Origin: an uncultured Bdellovibrionales bacterium
GTDB taxonomy: Bacteria > Bdellovibrionota > Bdellovibrionia > Bdellovibrionales > UBA1609
NCBI GenBank assembly: GCA_903833275.1
Contig: CAILEP010000015.1
Coordinates: forward strand, 22,490 to 86,489
DNA: 64,000 nt
Reading direction: 5' to 3'
In this document: positions 54,057-63,032 of the stretch, in pieces
How positions within the stretch are numbered: the first letter of the stretch is position 1
Layout: each line of letters starts with the position of its first letter
The notes under the pieces: generated by a model
What the model saw: the letters and a program-made list of their open reading frames with translations, nothing else
Databases searched by the model: none
What the model was told of the DNA's origin: nothing
Position numbers and translations under genes: made by a program

Positions 54057-55904
54057 TTACTCAACCGTCACAGATTTTGCCAAATTTCTGGGTTGATCAA
54101 CATCATGGCCCAATGCCGAAGCCACGTGGTACGCCAGAAGTTGCAAAGGCACCGCTTCAAGCAACGGGTTCACATTCCATTCTGCGCGAGGCAGAGTCAG
54201 ATAGCTTTGGCTGATGCCGCGCAGACGTTCGTTGCCCACTGTACCGAGGGCGATAATCACTCCGCCCCTGGCTTTCGCCTCTTCGAGATTGCTTAAGGTT
54301 TTTTCGTAAAGATTGTCAGATGGGGCCAGCATTACGACGGCCATGCGCTTATCGATCAACGCCAATGGCCCGTGCTTCATTTCGCCAGCGGCATAACCTT
54401 CGGCGTGCATGTAGGCGAGTTCTTTGAGCTTCAGCGCGCCCTCGAGTGCCAACGGATAGCTAACTCCGCGACCCATATAAAGAAAGCCTTTGTAGTTTTT
54501 TAGAACATCGGCAGCGGCCGCGAAAAACTTATCGCAAGCAAGTACGGTCTCCATTTGCGCCGGGGCTGCGAGCAATGCGTTCACGTAGCGCGCCTCATCT
54601 TCAGGCGACAAACGGCCCTTGGCTTTTGCTATTTGGAGTGCAAGTACGTTCATCAGTGCGATCGTCGAGGTAAACGCTTTCGTGCTCGCGACGCCAATCT
54701 CTGTGCCTGAATTCATGTAGAGATGGCCATCGGCCTCGCGATCAATTGTTGAATTCTTTACGTTGCAAACACTTAACGAGGGCACGCCCAAAGTCTTCAG
54801 CTGGCGCAAAACGGCGAGGGTATCAGCGGTCTCTCCGCTTTGAGAAATAACAATAGCGAGGGTATCGGCGCCCATCACCGGTTGGCGATACCGAAATTCG
54901 CTGGCGATATCGGTCTCAACCGGCACTCGTGCCATGATCTCGATTAAATATTTGCCCACCATTCCAGCGTAATTCGAAGTTCCGCAAGCGACGATCAGCA
55001 CGCGCTCAACACGCGCCCATTGGGCATCAGTTATGCCTGTGCCACTCAGCGAAACTGTTTGCTTGGCCACATCGATATGGGGCGCCAAGGCTCGCGCGAC
55101 GGCACGAGGCTGCTCAAATATTTCTTTAAGCATAAAATGCGGGTAGCCCTCTTTTTCAACACGATCGGCACTCCAGTCGATCTCGACCACTGGCTTAACG
55201 ATTGGCTCACCCTTCGAATTATAAATTCGAAATGATTCACCTTTAACGTGCGCAATTTCAAAATCATCAATGTAAACGACTTTATTTGTGTGCGGCAAAA
55301 TTGCTTGCACGTCGCTGGCGACAACAACAGCGCCTTTAGCCTGACCGATAATAAGCGGCGGGCCATTCTTGAACGCGATCATTTCGTCTGGGTGATCTTT
55401 CGACACAACCAAAATTGAAAACGCCCCGTTTAAGCGCGGCAATATCTTCAGAACAGATTCAAGAAGGCCTTTAGTGATTTCAAGTTGGTACGCGATTAAA
55501 TGGGCCACCAACTCGGTGTCGGTTTCAGATTCGAAACGAATAACTTGGCCGCGAGCTTTGGCGTCGCGCGCGAGTTCTTCACGCAGCTCAAGATAATTTT
55601 CGATAATCCCATTGTGAACAATACTAACACCCTTCACTGTGTGCGGGTGCGCATTGCGTTCAACGGGCGCCCCATGGGTCGCCCAGCGCGTGTGCCCGAT
55701 GCCCAAATGACCATCAAAAGGTTCATTGATAAGCTTTTCTTGAAGTATCGAAAGCTTGCCCTCGGCACGAACTCTTTTAAACTCGCCCTTATGAAGGATT
55801 GCAACACCGGCGCTATCGTACCCGCGGTATTCTAGCGATTTCAAACCGCCCATGATTACGTCTTTGGGGTTTTGCGGGCCCGAGTAGCCGACGATACCAC
55901 ACAT
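54057..55904 (-). CDS. glmS: glutamine--fructose-6-phosphate aminotransferase
   Basis: True N-terminus MCGIVGY (the catalytic Cys must follow the initiator Met). Two SIS domains. C-terminus ...NLAKSVTVE. Confidence 0.95.
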   Translation of the reverse strand: MCGIVGYSGPQNPKDVIMGGLKSLEYRGYDSAGVAILHKGEFKRVRAEGKLSILQEKLINEPFDGHLGIGHTRWATHGAPVERNAHPHTVKGVSIVHNGIIENYLELREELARDAKARGQVIRFESETDTELVAHLIAYQLEITKGLLESVLKILPRLNGAFSILVVSKDHPDEMIAFKNGPPLIIGQAKGAVVVASDVQAILPHTNKVVYIDDFEIAHVKGESFRIYNSKGEPIVKPVVEIDWSADRVEKEGYPHFMLKEIFEQPRAVARALAPHIDVAKQTVSLSGTGITDAQWARVERVLIVACGTSNYAGMVGKYLIEIMARVPVETDIASEFRYRQPVMGADTLAIVISQSGETADTLAVLRQLKTLGVPSLSVCNVKNSTIDREADGHLYMNSGTEIGVASTKAFTSTIALMNVLALQIAKAKGRLSPEDEARYVNALLAAPAQMETVLACDKFFAAAADVLKNYKGFLYMGRGVSYPLALEGALKLKELAYMHAEGYAAGEMKHGPLALIDKRMAVVMLAPSDNLYEKTLSNLEEAKARGGVIIALGTVGNERLRGISQSYLTLPRAEWNVNPLLEAVPLQLLAYHVASALGHDVDQPRNLAKSVTVE

Positions 55905-55908
55905 AAGT

Positions 55909-57291
55909 TTATTCCTTTTTAGTTGGCACTTTTTGTGCCGCGAAGTTTTCTTTAATAATCTGTCGACCGCGCGCAACGGCCAGTGCGTTTGCCGGCACGT
56001 TTTTCGTTATAGTTGAACCGCTGCCTATAATCGCACCGTCGCCAATCTCAACGGGGGCAACAAATTGCGTGTCAGAGCCAACAAAAACATTTTTGCCAAT
56101 TTTAGTTTTATATTTCTTGTGGTCGATTGCATAGTTGCAGGTGATCGTACCGCAGCCAATATTAGTGTTTTCGCCAATTTCAGCGTCACCGAGATAAGTC
56201 AAATGACTGGCCTTGGCCCCTGCACCAAATTTGACTTTCTTAAGCTCGACAAAATTTCCGACTTTGGCGTCGACGCCGATATCGGTGTCGGGGCGAATAC
56301 GTGCATAGGGCCCCACAGAGGCTTTTGAGCGAATGGCGCAACCCTCAAGATGCGACCCCAAAAGCACATGAACACTATCCTCAATTACGGCGGTGTTAAT
56401 AAAAACATTTGGTTCAATCACGCAAAACGAACCGATGCGCGTCGCCCCGCGAATAAATACTCCGGGGTAAATCACCGTCGAGGCGCCAATGCTGACCTGC
56501 TCGTCAATGTAGTTGGTCGACGGGTCTATCATGACGACGCCTTCAGCCATCAATTTTTCAGCTTTAATCATATAGGCTTTTTTCGAGGCGCGAGCTAAAT
56601 CGATCTGTGAGTTTACTCCAACCGCCACATGCTTACCAAGGTTCACCGGGCTGATCGCAATTCGATGCTCAATCGCCAAGCGAATTATGTCGGTGAGGTA
56701 AAATTCGCCTTGAGCATTTTCGTTTGAAATTTTTGGCAGAAAATCATTAAGCAACTTGGCATCAAGCATGTAAATGCCCGTATTGATCTCGCGTATTTTC
56801 AGCGTGTCACCCGACGCATCTTTGGCCTCGACGATTGCTTTAACATCGCCATCTTGTCTGACGATTCGGCCAAACGAGCCAGGATTTTTCAAGGTGGCGG
56901 TCACCAGCGATATACCCTTCGGGGCACTAAAAAAATCTTCGCAGACCCGTTTAATATCGGCGACCTCAACCAGAGGGTGGTCCCCGTTCAAAATTAAAAC
57001 CGGGCCTTCAAGATTCTCTGGTCGGGCGGAGCGAACTGCATCGGCCGTACCGCGCTGTTCGTTTTGTTTAAAACAAATTGCGCCAAGCGGCTCGATCACC
57101 TGCCGAACCAAGGCTTCGCCATAACCGAGCACGACGCGCACTTCTTTGGCGCCCGCTAAGCGGGCCTGGTTTACCACCCGCGAAATCATCGGCGAACCGG
57201 CCACGGGGTGTAGGACTTTGGGCAAGCTCGACTTCATACGTACGCCCTTGCCAGCTGCCAATATAATCACAGAAAAAGTTTTTGATTTCAT
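55909..57291 (-). CDS. glmU: bifunctional UDP-N-acetylglucosamine pyrophosphorylase / GlcN-1-P acetyltransferase
   Basis: ILAAGKGVRMKS motif and C-terminal left-handed beta-helix hexapeptide repeats. Its stop lies 4 nt before the glmS start. Confidence 0.93.
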   Translation of the reverse strand: MKSKTFSVIILAAGKGVRMKSSLPKVLHPVAGSPMISRVVNQARLAGAKEVRVVLGYGEALVRQVIEPLGAICFKQNEQRGTADAVRSARPENLEGPVLILNGDHPLVEVADIKRVCEDFFSAPKGISLVTATLKNPGSFGRIVRQDGDVKAIVEAKDASGDTLKIREINTGIYMLDAKLLNDFLPKISNENAQGEFYLTDIIRLAIEHRIAISPVNLGKHVAVGVNSQIDLARASKKAYMIKAEKLMAEGVVMIDPSTNYIDEQVSIGASTVIYPGVFIRGATRIGSFCVIEPNVFINTAVIEDSVHVLLGSHLEGCAIRSKASVGPYARIRPDTDIGVDAKVGNFVELKKVKFGAGAKASHLTYLGDAEIGENTNIGCGTITCNYAIDHKKYKTKIGKNVFVGSDTQFVAPVEIGDGAIIGSGSTITKNVPANALAVARGRQIIKENFAAQKVPTKKE

Positions 57292-57351
57292 GATCAAACA
57301 GAATTACGGCGAGACCCTCGAAAGGTCAAGACAAGCACGGTAAACTCAACT

Positions 57352-58119
57352 ATGCTTTTTGGTATGAGTTCGACAAAAATTGTTGAGATAAAACATTGGG
57401 CCCTGTCGGCAAAAAAACACACAATTTCGCTTACAAAATCGTGCGAAAAGCCCGATCGACCAATCCTGCTAATTGGTGGAGTGCATGGCGACGAACCCGA
57501 GGGCGTCTGGCTTGCCGAAGCCGTTCTCGCGTGGCTTAAAAGTAACAGTGCACAGACCTCGGAGGCTACGCAGTATATTTCGGCTACGCCGCATATTTCG
57601 GCTACGCCGTGGATTGTCATAACCTGCCTCAACCCCGACGGCTACGTTAACTGTGAACGAGTCAACGGCAATAATGTTGACCTCAATCGCAATTACCCCA
57701 GTAAAAGTTGGTCGCCGACTTTTGAAAAAGAGCGCTATAACCCCGGGCCCGCCCCCGGCAGCGAGCCCGAAATTAAGGCCCTCGTACAACTTATTAACGA
57801 AACCCAGCCGCGCCTGATAATTCACTGTCACTCGTGGCACCCTTGCATTATTTGCACCGGCGAACCCGGCATGGCCGCTGCGCAGGCCTTAGCCGATTGT
57901 TCGGGTTATGAACTTAGAGATGAAATTGGCTACCCGACACCCGGCAGCTTAAGCCAGTACGGTTGGCATGATTTGCGAATCCCGATTATTTGTATCGAAG
58001 AGGCTGAGGGCACGATGCAAAAAGAGGTTTGGCCCCATTTTAGTAAAGCCTTTGAAACAATATTTTACGGCCGAGAAAAAGAAAAAGGCTACTCAAGTTA
58101 CAACCCCGATAAGCGCTAA
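57352..58119 (+). CDS. M14-family zinc carboxypeptidase/amidase (MpaA-like)
   Basis: LIGGVHGDEPEG (HxxE), NVDLNRNYP, and a later CHSWH motif. Confidence 0.7.
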   Translation: MLFGMSSTKIVEIKHWALSAKKHTISLTKSCEKPDRPILLIGGVHGDEPEGVWLAEAVLAWLKSNSAQTSEATQYISATPHISATPWIVITCLNPDGYVNCERVNGNNVDLNRNYPSKSWSPTFEKERYNPGPAPGSEPEIKALVQLINETQPRLIIHCHSWHPCIICTGEPGMAAAQALADCSGYELRDEIGYPTPGSLSQYGWHDLRIPIICIEEAEGTMQKEVWPHFSKAFETIFYGREKEKGYSSYNPDKR

Positions 58120-58131
58120 ACACGGAGCTTC

Positions 58132-59883
58132 ATGCAAACGGCGGCCACAACATCAATTCTTAGATTGAAATCTCTCGATGAATTTAACGAAACTCATCAT
58201 GCCGTAATTGTTTTGCCGGTTGAATCGGCGAAAATGAGCCAAGTTCAAACCGTCCTTCGACGCATCGATGAAGAAAACCCGGTTGCGGCGAAAATTCTCG
58301 TTGGTAGTGATTTGACTTTACACCAAGTATGCGAACTGAATAATTTTTCGAAAAATCTATTCTTTGTCTCCGAATTTGAAACCGATGATTTTGACGCCGC
58401 ACTTGTCAGCGCACAAGAATACGTGCGCGGTCGACAGCGCCAGTTTGAAGACGTAAAAAGCCGCGAGCGCACTCAACGGCGCAAACAGAATCTCAACAAG
58501 CGCGTAGACTCACTTCACCGCGCCTTGATTGCCGTGCACAATTCGTCGTCGGTTTCAGAAATCGAGAGCTCGCTCTTCGAGGCCTTAAAAACGAGCCACG
58601 CTCTGTCTTGGGTTCGTATATTTCTTCACACAGGTGATCATCTCGAAGCCCAGCTTAATAGAGTGCAAGGGCAATTTTTATTTAAACACCCGCTTTTTCT
58701 CGGGCCCGTACACCTCGGCAAAATCGTTTTCGCCCGAGTGTCGGCGCAGGCCTTTAGCAAAACCGAAGAAGAAGCCCTTATGCAAATCGGCGGCAGCGTT
58801 GCCCTCGCGCTCGATCGAATCGCCAAAATTGATCAGGCCGCAAATCTCAAGCAACAATGGGAAAGCACCTTCGACGCCATTTCTGAACCCCTCTGTGTCA
58901 CGGACGATAAGTTTATGATTATTCGCACCAATCGGGCCTTCTTGCAGGCCACGGGTCTCAAAAACGCAGCCGCGTTGGGCGCGAACTGTTTTAAGGTTTT
59001 TTGTGATGAACTCGTACCGATTACCGACTCTCTGGTCGTGAAGCGAACTGTGCGTAAAGGCAAAGAGTCGCAAGTGCGCTCGTATGAGGTGACCACTCAG
59101 CATATTCGCTCAACCGACCCCCACGCCACCCCCGATTTAACCCGACCGGGCAGCCAAGACCGCGCGATACTTCTCGTACTTTTTCGCGACGTCACCGAAC
59201 AAAAGCAGATTGAAAATAGAATTCTTGAATCGGCAAAAATGGCTGAGCTTGGCACCGTAGGCTCGAGCATAGCTCACGATATTAATAACCCTTTAGGCGG
59301 TATGCTCTCTTTTCTTCAATTGATTAAAATGGACCTCACTTTAATTGACCCCATTCGCCCTGACATAGAAAAAATGGAGGCCGCCTGCCACCGCTGCAAA
59401 GAGATCGTTGAAAACCTTCTGCTCTTTTCGCGCCGCCAGGACTCAGGGGCCGCTGAGACACTTGACCTTCGTGCAGCGGTTAAACAAGCCTTAAAAATAG
59501 TAGAGCTGCAGACTCGCTCATTGGGTATTGAAATTCAAATTGTCGAGCCCGAAAATGAAGTGAAAATGTTGGGACATTTCAACCTTTTATCGCAAGCGTT
59601 AAGTTATATTTTTCAGTCGGCCTTTGAGTCGGTGGCCGAACGACTAAAGGGCAGCCCGGGCTTTCTTGGCAAGATCGATGTCGAGATTCAAAGCTCAGAA
59701 AACATGACCGTGGTTTTGGTTCGCGACAACGGGGCCCCGATAAGTCATGAACATCAGAACAAAATTTCAGGAATCAGCCAGTCACTCGCCCAACAAATCA
59801 TCGGTGAACACGGCGGCCGAATCGATTTTTTTGCCCAGCCCAACGTGGGGACATCGGCAAAAATTGCTTTCATCAACGTCTAG
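58132..59883 (+). CDS. soluble sensor histidine kinase (PAS + HisKA + HATPase_c)
   Basis: H-box GSSIAHDINNPL, VRDNGAPI and GEHGGRI motifs. No TM segment seen. Confidence 0.85.
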   Translation: MQTAATTSILRLKSLDEFNETHHAVIVLPVESAKMSQVQTVLRRIDEENPVAAKILVGSDLTLHQVCELNNFSKNLFFVSEFETDDFDAALVSAQEYVRGRQRQFEDVKSRERTQRRKQNLNKRVDSLHRALIAVHNSSSVSEIESSLFEALKTSHALSWVRIFLHTGDHLEAQLNRVQGQFLFKHPLFLGPVHLGKIVFARVSAQAFSKTEEEALMQIGGSVALALDRIAKIDQAANLKQQWESTFDAISEPLCVTDDKFMIIRTNRAFLQATGLKNAAALGANCFKVFCDELVPITDSLVVKRTVRKGKESQVRSYEVTTQHIRSTDPHATPDLTRPGSQDRAILLVLFRDVTEQKQIENRILESAKMAELGTVGSSIAHDINNPLGGMLSFLQLIKMDLTLIDPIRPDIEKMEAACHRCKEIVENLLLFSRRQDSGAAETLDLRAAVKQALKIVELQTRSLGIEIQIVEPENEVKMLGHFNLLSQALSYIFQSAFESVAERLKGSPGFLGKIDVEIQSSENMTVVLVRDNGAPISHEHQNKISGISQSLAQQIIGEHGGRIDFFAQPNVGTSAKIAFINV

Positions 59884-59919
59884 ATTTTGCCTCCGAAGCC
59901 AACTCTTTGACGGCAAAAT

Positions 59920-59949
59920 TTGACAGAGCCAAAATATCGACTCTACACT
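59920..59949 (+). promoter_or_regulatory. candidate sigma-70 promoter for the response-regulator gene
   Basis: TTGACA-N18-TACACT about 105 nt upstream of the ATG at 60056. By-eye match only. Confidence 0.3.
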
Positions 59950-60055
59950 TTAACCATAGGGACATGCTGAACAGTCGTGACAAGAGGTTACGATAGAATC
60001 CCATAAATTAAACTTGCTCGTTATGAAATGACGAACGCCCACGGAAGGACGAAAA

Positions 60056-61459
60056 ATGCAGGTTCCCAGAATTCTGATAGTCGACGACGATATCTCTCTA
60101 CGCACGGCTCTCTTCAGAGCTCTCGATCGCAAAGGCTATCAGGTCATCACCGCTGCTTCTAAACAAGAAGGCCTGCAACTCGGGCAGACCGAACGCCCGC
60201 CCGATCTCGTTCTTTGCGACCTTCGTCTTCCTGATGGCGACGGCATTGATTTCATGGGTGAGTTCAAACGCCTCAACCCCGCTTCTCTATTTATCGTCCT
60301 TACTGGTTTCGGAACAATCGAGTCAGCCGTACGCGCCACAAAGAGCGGCGCCGAACATTTCGTTACTAAGCCTTTTGAGCTAGACGAAGTTCTCAATCTG
60401 GTCGACAAAACTTTGTCGCATCGTAACCTTCAGCAAGAGAACGTCAATTTACGCTCTGCGCTCCACAAAAAGTATCGCTTCGACAATATAATCGGCCAAA
60501 GCGAGGCCATCACTCGCGTTCTTGAATTGATCGAGCGCGTGTCCCAATCAGATTCTACCGTATTGATCACTGGCGAAAGCGGCACAGGCAAAGAGCTTGT
60601 CGCAAAAGCCATCCATTACAACTCTGACCGAACCAACAAACCTTTTGTACCAGTCAACTGCGGGGCTATCCCAGGCGAGTTAATGGAGAGCGAGTTATTC
60701 GGTCACATTAAAGGCGCCTTTACGGGCGCCATTAGCAACCGTATCGGTCGCTTTGAAATGGCCGAAGGCGGCACTATGTTTTTCGACGAGATCGGAGACA
60801 TGAAGCCCAACTTGCAGGTTAAACTTTTGCGCGTCTTGCAAGAGCGTAAATATGAGCCCGTTGGCAGTGCGAAGATTTTTGCTTCAAACGTACGTTTAAT
60901 CGCCGCCACCAACGTCAATCTCGAACAAGCGGTTAAAATGGGCGTGTTTCGCGAAGATCTTTACTATCGATTGAATGTGATCCCAATACACATCCCGGCG
61001 TTGCGCGAGCGTCGCGCTGACATCCCATTGCTATTTCATTATTTTATGGAGCTCTTTAATGAGGGCAAAAAAACTAAGCTGGCCGGCATCACCCCAACGG
61101 CCCTCGACCTTTTGACTCAGTACGCTTGGCCGGGCAACATTCGCGAACTTGAGAATCTTGTTGAGCGCCTAACTATACTAAAAAGCGGCGGAGTTGTCGA
61201 CGTGGCCGACCTCCCCGAGCGATACCGCGGGGCCGACGAAGAAAGTTCTTCAGATGCTGACGCCGCACTTTTGGCTGAGATCCCCGAAGACGGTCTTGAT
61301 TTTAACAATGCTGTCGATGCCTTTGAAAATTCGCTTATCGTGCGCGCCCTTGAAAAAACCGGCTGGAACCGCAATCAGGCCGCGCTTCTTCTCAAACTCA
61401 ACCGCACGACTCTGGTTGAGAAAATTAAGAAAAAGGGCTTACGCCAACCCGAAATCTAG
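60056..61459 (+). CDS. NtrC-family sigma-54-dependent response regulator
   Basis: Receiver (ILIVDDD...LVLCDLRLPDGDG), AAA+ (GESGTGKE, GAFTGA) and a C-terminal HTH (NRNQAALLLKLNRTTLVEKIKK). Confidence 0.92.
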   Translation: MQVPRILIVDDDISLRTALFRALDRKGYQVITAASKQEGLQLGQTERPPDLVLCDLRLPDGDGIDFMGEFKRLNPASLFIVLTGFGTIESAVRATKSGAEHFVTKPFELDEVLNLVDKTLSHRNLQQENVNLRSALHKKYRFDNIIGQSEAITRVLELIERVSQSDSTVLITGESGTGKELVAKAIHYNSDRTNKPFVPVNCGAIPGELMESELFGHIKGAFTGAISNRIGRFEMAEGGTMFFDEIGDMKPNLQVKLLRVLQERKYEPVGSAKIFASNVRLIAATNVNLEQAVKMGVFREDLYYRLNVIPIHIPALRERRADIPLLFHYFMELFNEGKKTKLAGITPTALDLLTQYAWPGNIRELENLVERLTILKSGGVVDVADLPERYRGADEESSSDADAALLAEIPEDGLDFNNAVDAFENSLIVRALEKTGWNRNQAALLLKLNRTTLVEKIKKKGLRQPEI

Positions 61460-61483
61460 AAATTGTATAATAGAAATTGTCTA

Positions 61484-62089
61484 TTAGAAATTCCATCGAA
61501 CGCCGACCAGATCTTTTTGCTGATCGGTTGCGGTGACGTGAGAGTACGCCACGGTGGTTTCAGCAATTTTACGCGAAACCTCAAAGCGAATTTCATTCTG
61601 AACGGCTACATACGAAACACTTGATTCGACCGGTAGCTCGCCCTTGTAGCTGATCTCGGCTCGCGCCTCGACTGGTCGCACTCGAAATTGAATCGAATTT
61701 TTCTCGTCGCCGACAGAGCTCTTCATATTGTTGTTCAATTTTTGCGCACTCGCGAGCACCCCGGCATTTCGGTCTTGCCGCCCATCCAGAAGGTTCTGCA
61801 TGGTGTGCTGAATAATTCGCCTGGCCACTCGGTCGCCGCTATCGCTATCGGCAAGACCTTTTAGCGGAACGTAATCTGCCATGTTAAATCGGTAAGGGTC
61901 AGACATTCGGGCGAGCATCGAAAGCGTGCTTAGATCGAGTTCTTGCGTGGCTGGGTTAATCAATTCGGTAGAAGCATAGTAGTCATAGGCCATCACCGGC
62001 ACCATCGCCGCGGCTTGAATTGAAAAAAGCATCACGATCGAAGCCAAAATGGCTCGAAGAATCATCTCAAAATGAGACAGCGATCGCAC
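61484..62089 (-). CDS. exported hypothetical protein, paralogue A (C-terminal ...VRWNF)
   Basis: Signal peptide ILASIVMLFSIQAAA. Clear similarity to 62307..62939 (..Y(V/I)PL(K/N)G(L/I).D..SGDRV..(R/K)I(I/L)Q.T.Q.L(L/I)D.. and a terminal RW(N/S)F). Confidence 0.6.
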   Translation of the reverse strand: MRSLSHFEMILRAILASIVMLFSIQAAAMVPVMAYDYYASTELINPATQELDLSTLSMLARMSDPYRFNMADYVPLKGLADSDSGDRVARRIIQHTMQNLLDGRQDRNAGVLASAQKLNNNMKSSVGDEKNSIQFRVRPVEARAEISYKGELPVESSVSYVAVQNEIRFEVSRKIAETTVAYSHVTATDQQKDLVGVRWNF

Positions 62090-62231
62090 TTTTCACCCAC
62101 ACCTTCGTTAATCTATTCTATCGCACTAGTGACCTTTAAGTTTTTAAAGGCTTAAAACGTCTTAGTTTTCGACACCCCCATAACTTCTCGACACATTGGG
62201 CCGCCCTCCGCGATTTAAAGGTGCCCTTTTT

Positions 62232-62247
62232 CGGCACAACTTCTGCA
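62232..62247 (+). promoter_or_regulatory. sigma-54 (-24/-12) promoter upstream of paralogue B
   Basis: CGGCACaactTCTGCA with GG at 62233-62234 and GC at 62245-62246, which is exact consensus spacing. Confidence 0.55.
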
Positions 62248-62306
62248 GTTAAGAGTGGTAAGTGGGGAGCAAAACTGTCTCGATAAGAGACAGAAAAAAC
62301 AAGAAG

Positions 62307-62939
62307 ATGAAAATCAATTTACTCAAAACGCAAAATCAAAAAAACCAAAATGACCTTTTGAGTTTGACCGCGCGTGGAGCACTCGGTTTTCTTATATTTC
62401 TTGCCTCTATCCCCAGCCTCTCGGCTGTGCCCTATCGCGATGCTTTCGAAGAGATGGACACCATCAATCACCAAACCAACGAACTTAATCTTGATGTGTT
62501 TGCCCGCATGCAAGCTGTGATAGATAAGATGGCCTTTAAGCCTGAGAACTATATCCCGCTTAATGGCATACCTGACCGCTCAAGTGGCGATCGCGTCAGC
62601 GCAAAAATTCTGCAGAAAACAGTTCAAACATTGATTGATTCAAATACCCAAAATAGCGCAGTTCGCGAAGTGCAGAAATACACTTCGAACTATGAACGCT
62701 CGGTCAGCAAAAGCGATTACAAAATGAGCTTTAAAGTCACTAGCACCCGCGCCAAAGCCGAGGTTAGCTACGCAAAATACGTTACGGCTGTTCTTTCTTA
62801 CGACGTCATTGAGCGCGGGAGCGGCATGAACGTAGAAGTGACACACCCTTTAAATAACGACCGAGTTCTCGCTTACACCCACGGCATGGGCACCTTCGGC
62901 ACGGTAGAAGACCGCCTCGGCATCCGCTGGAGTTTTTAA
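62307..62939 (+). CDS. exported hypothetical protein, paralogue B (C-terminal ...IRWSF)
   Basis: The ATG at 62307 lies downstream of the predicted sigma-54 start site. Signal peptide ALGFLIFLASIPSLSA. Paralogous to 61484..62089. Confidence 0.6.
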   Translation: MKINLLKTQNQKNQNDLLSLTARGALGFLIFLASIPSLSAVPYRDAFEEMDTINHQTNELNLDVFARMQAVIDKMAFKPENYIPLNGIPDRSSGDRVSAKILQKTVQTLIDSNTQNSAVREVQKYTSNYERSVSKSDYKMSFKVTSTRAKAEVSYAKYVTAVLSYDVIERGSGMNVEVTHPLNNDRVLAYTHGMGTFGTVEDRLGIRWSF

Positions 62940-63032
62940 AAGGCGCCAAGCACTTTTGGGTAGAATATTTTACAAGTTGCGCGCGCTCACGGAACGAGCA
63001 ACCCTGCGCTTCTTACTAGCGTCCGAATTAAT

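Noticed and set aside
55905-55976. 24-codon N-terminal extension of the glmS ORF, and the possibility of a glmS ribozyme leader
   Set aside because: GlmS requires Cys directly after the initiator Met (MCGIVGY at 55904). The extension overlaps the glmU 3' end, and the 4-nt glmU-glmS gap leaves no room for a ribozyme.
62221-62237. GTGCC-N7-GGCAC palindrome, considered as a bidirectional sigma-54 promoter serving both paralogues
   Set aside because: Read on the minus strand, GGCAC is followed by GC two nucleotides too far away (GGCACctttaaaTCGC). Only the plus-strand promoter fits.
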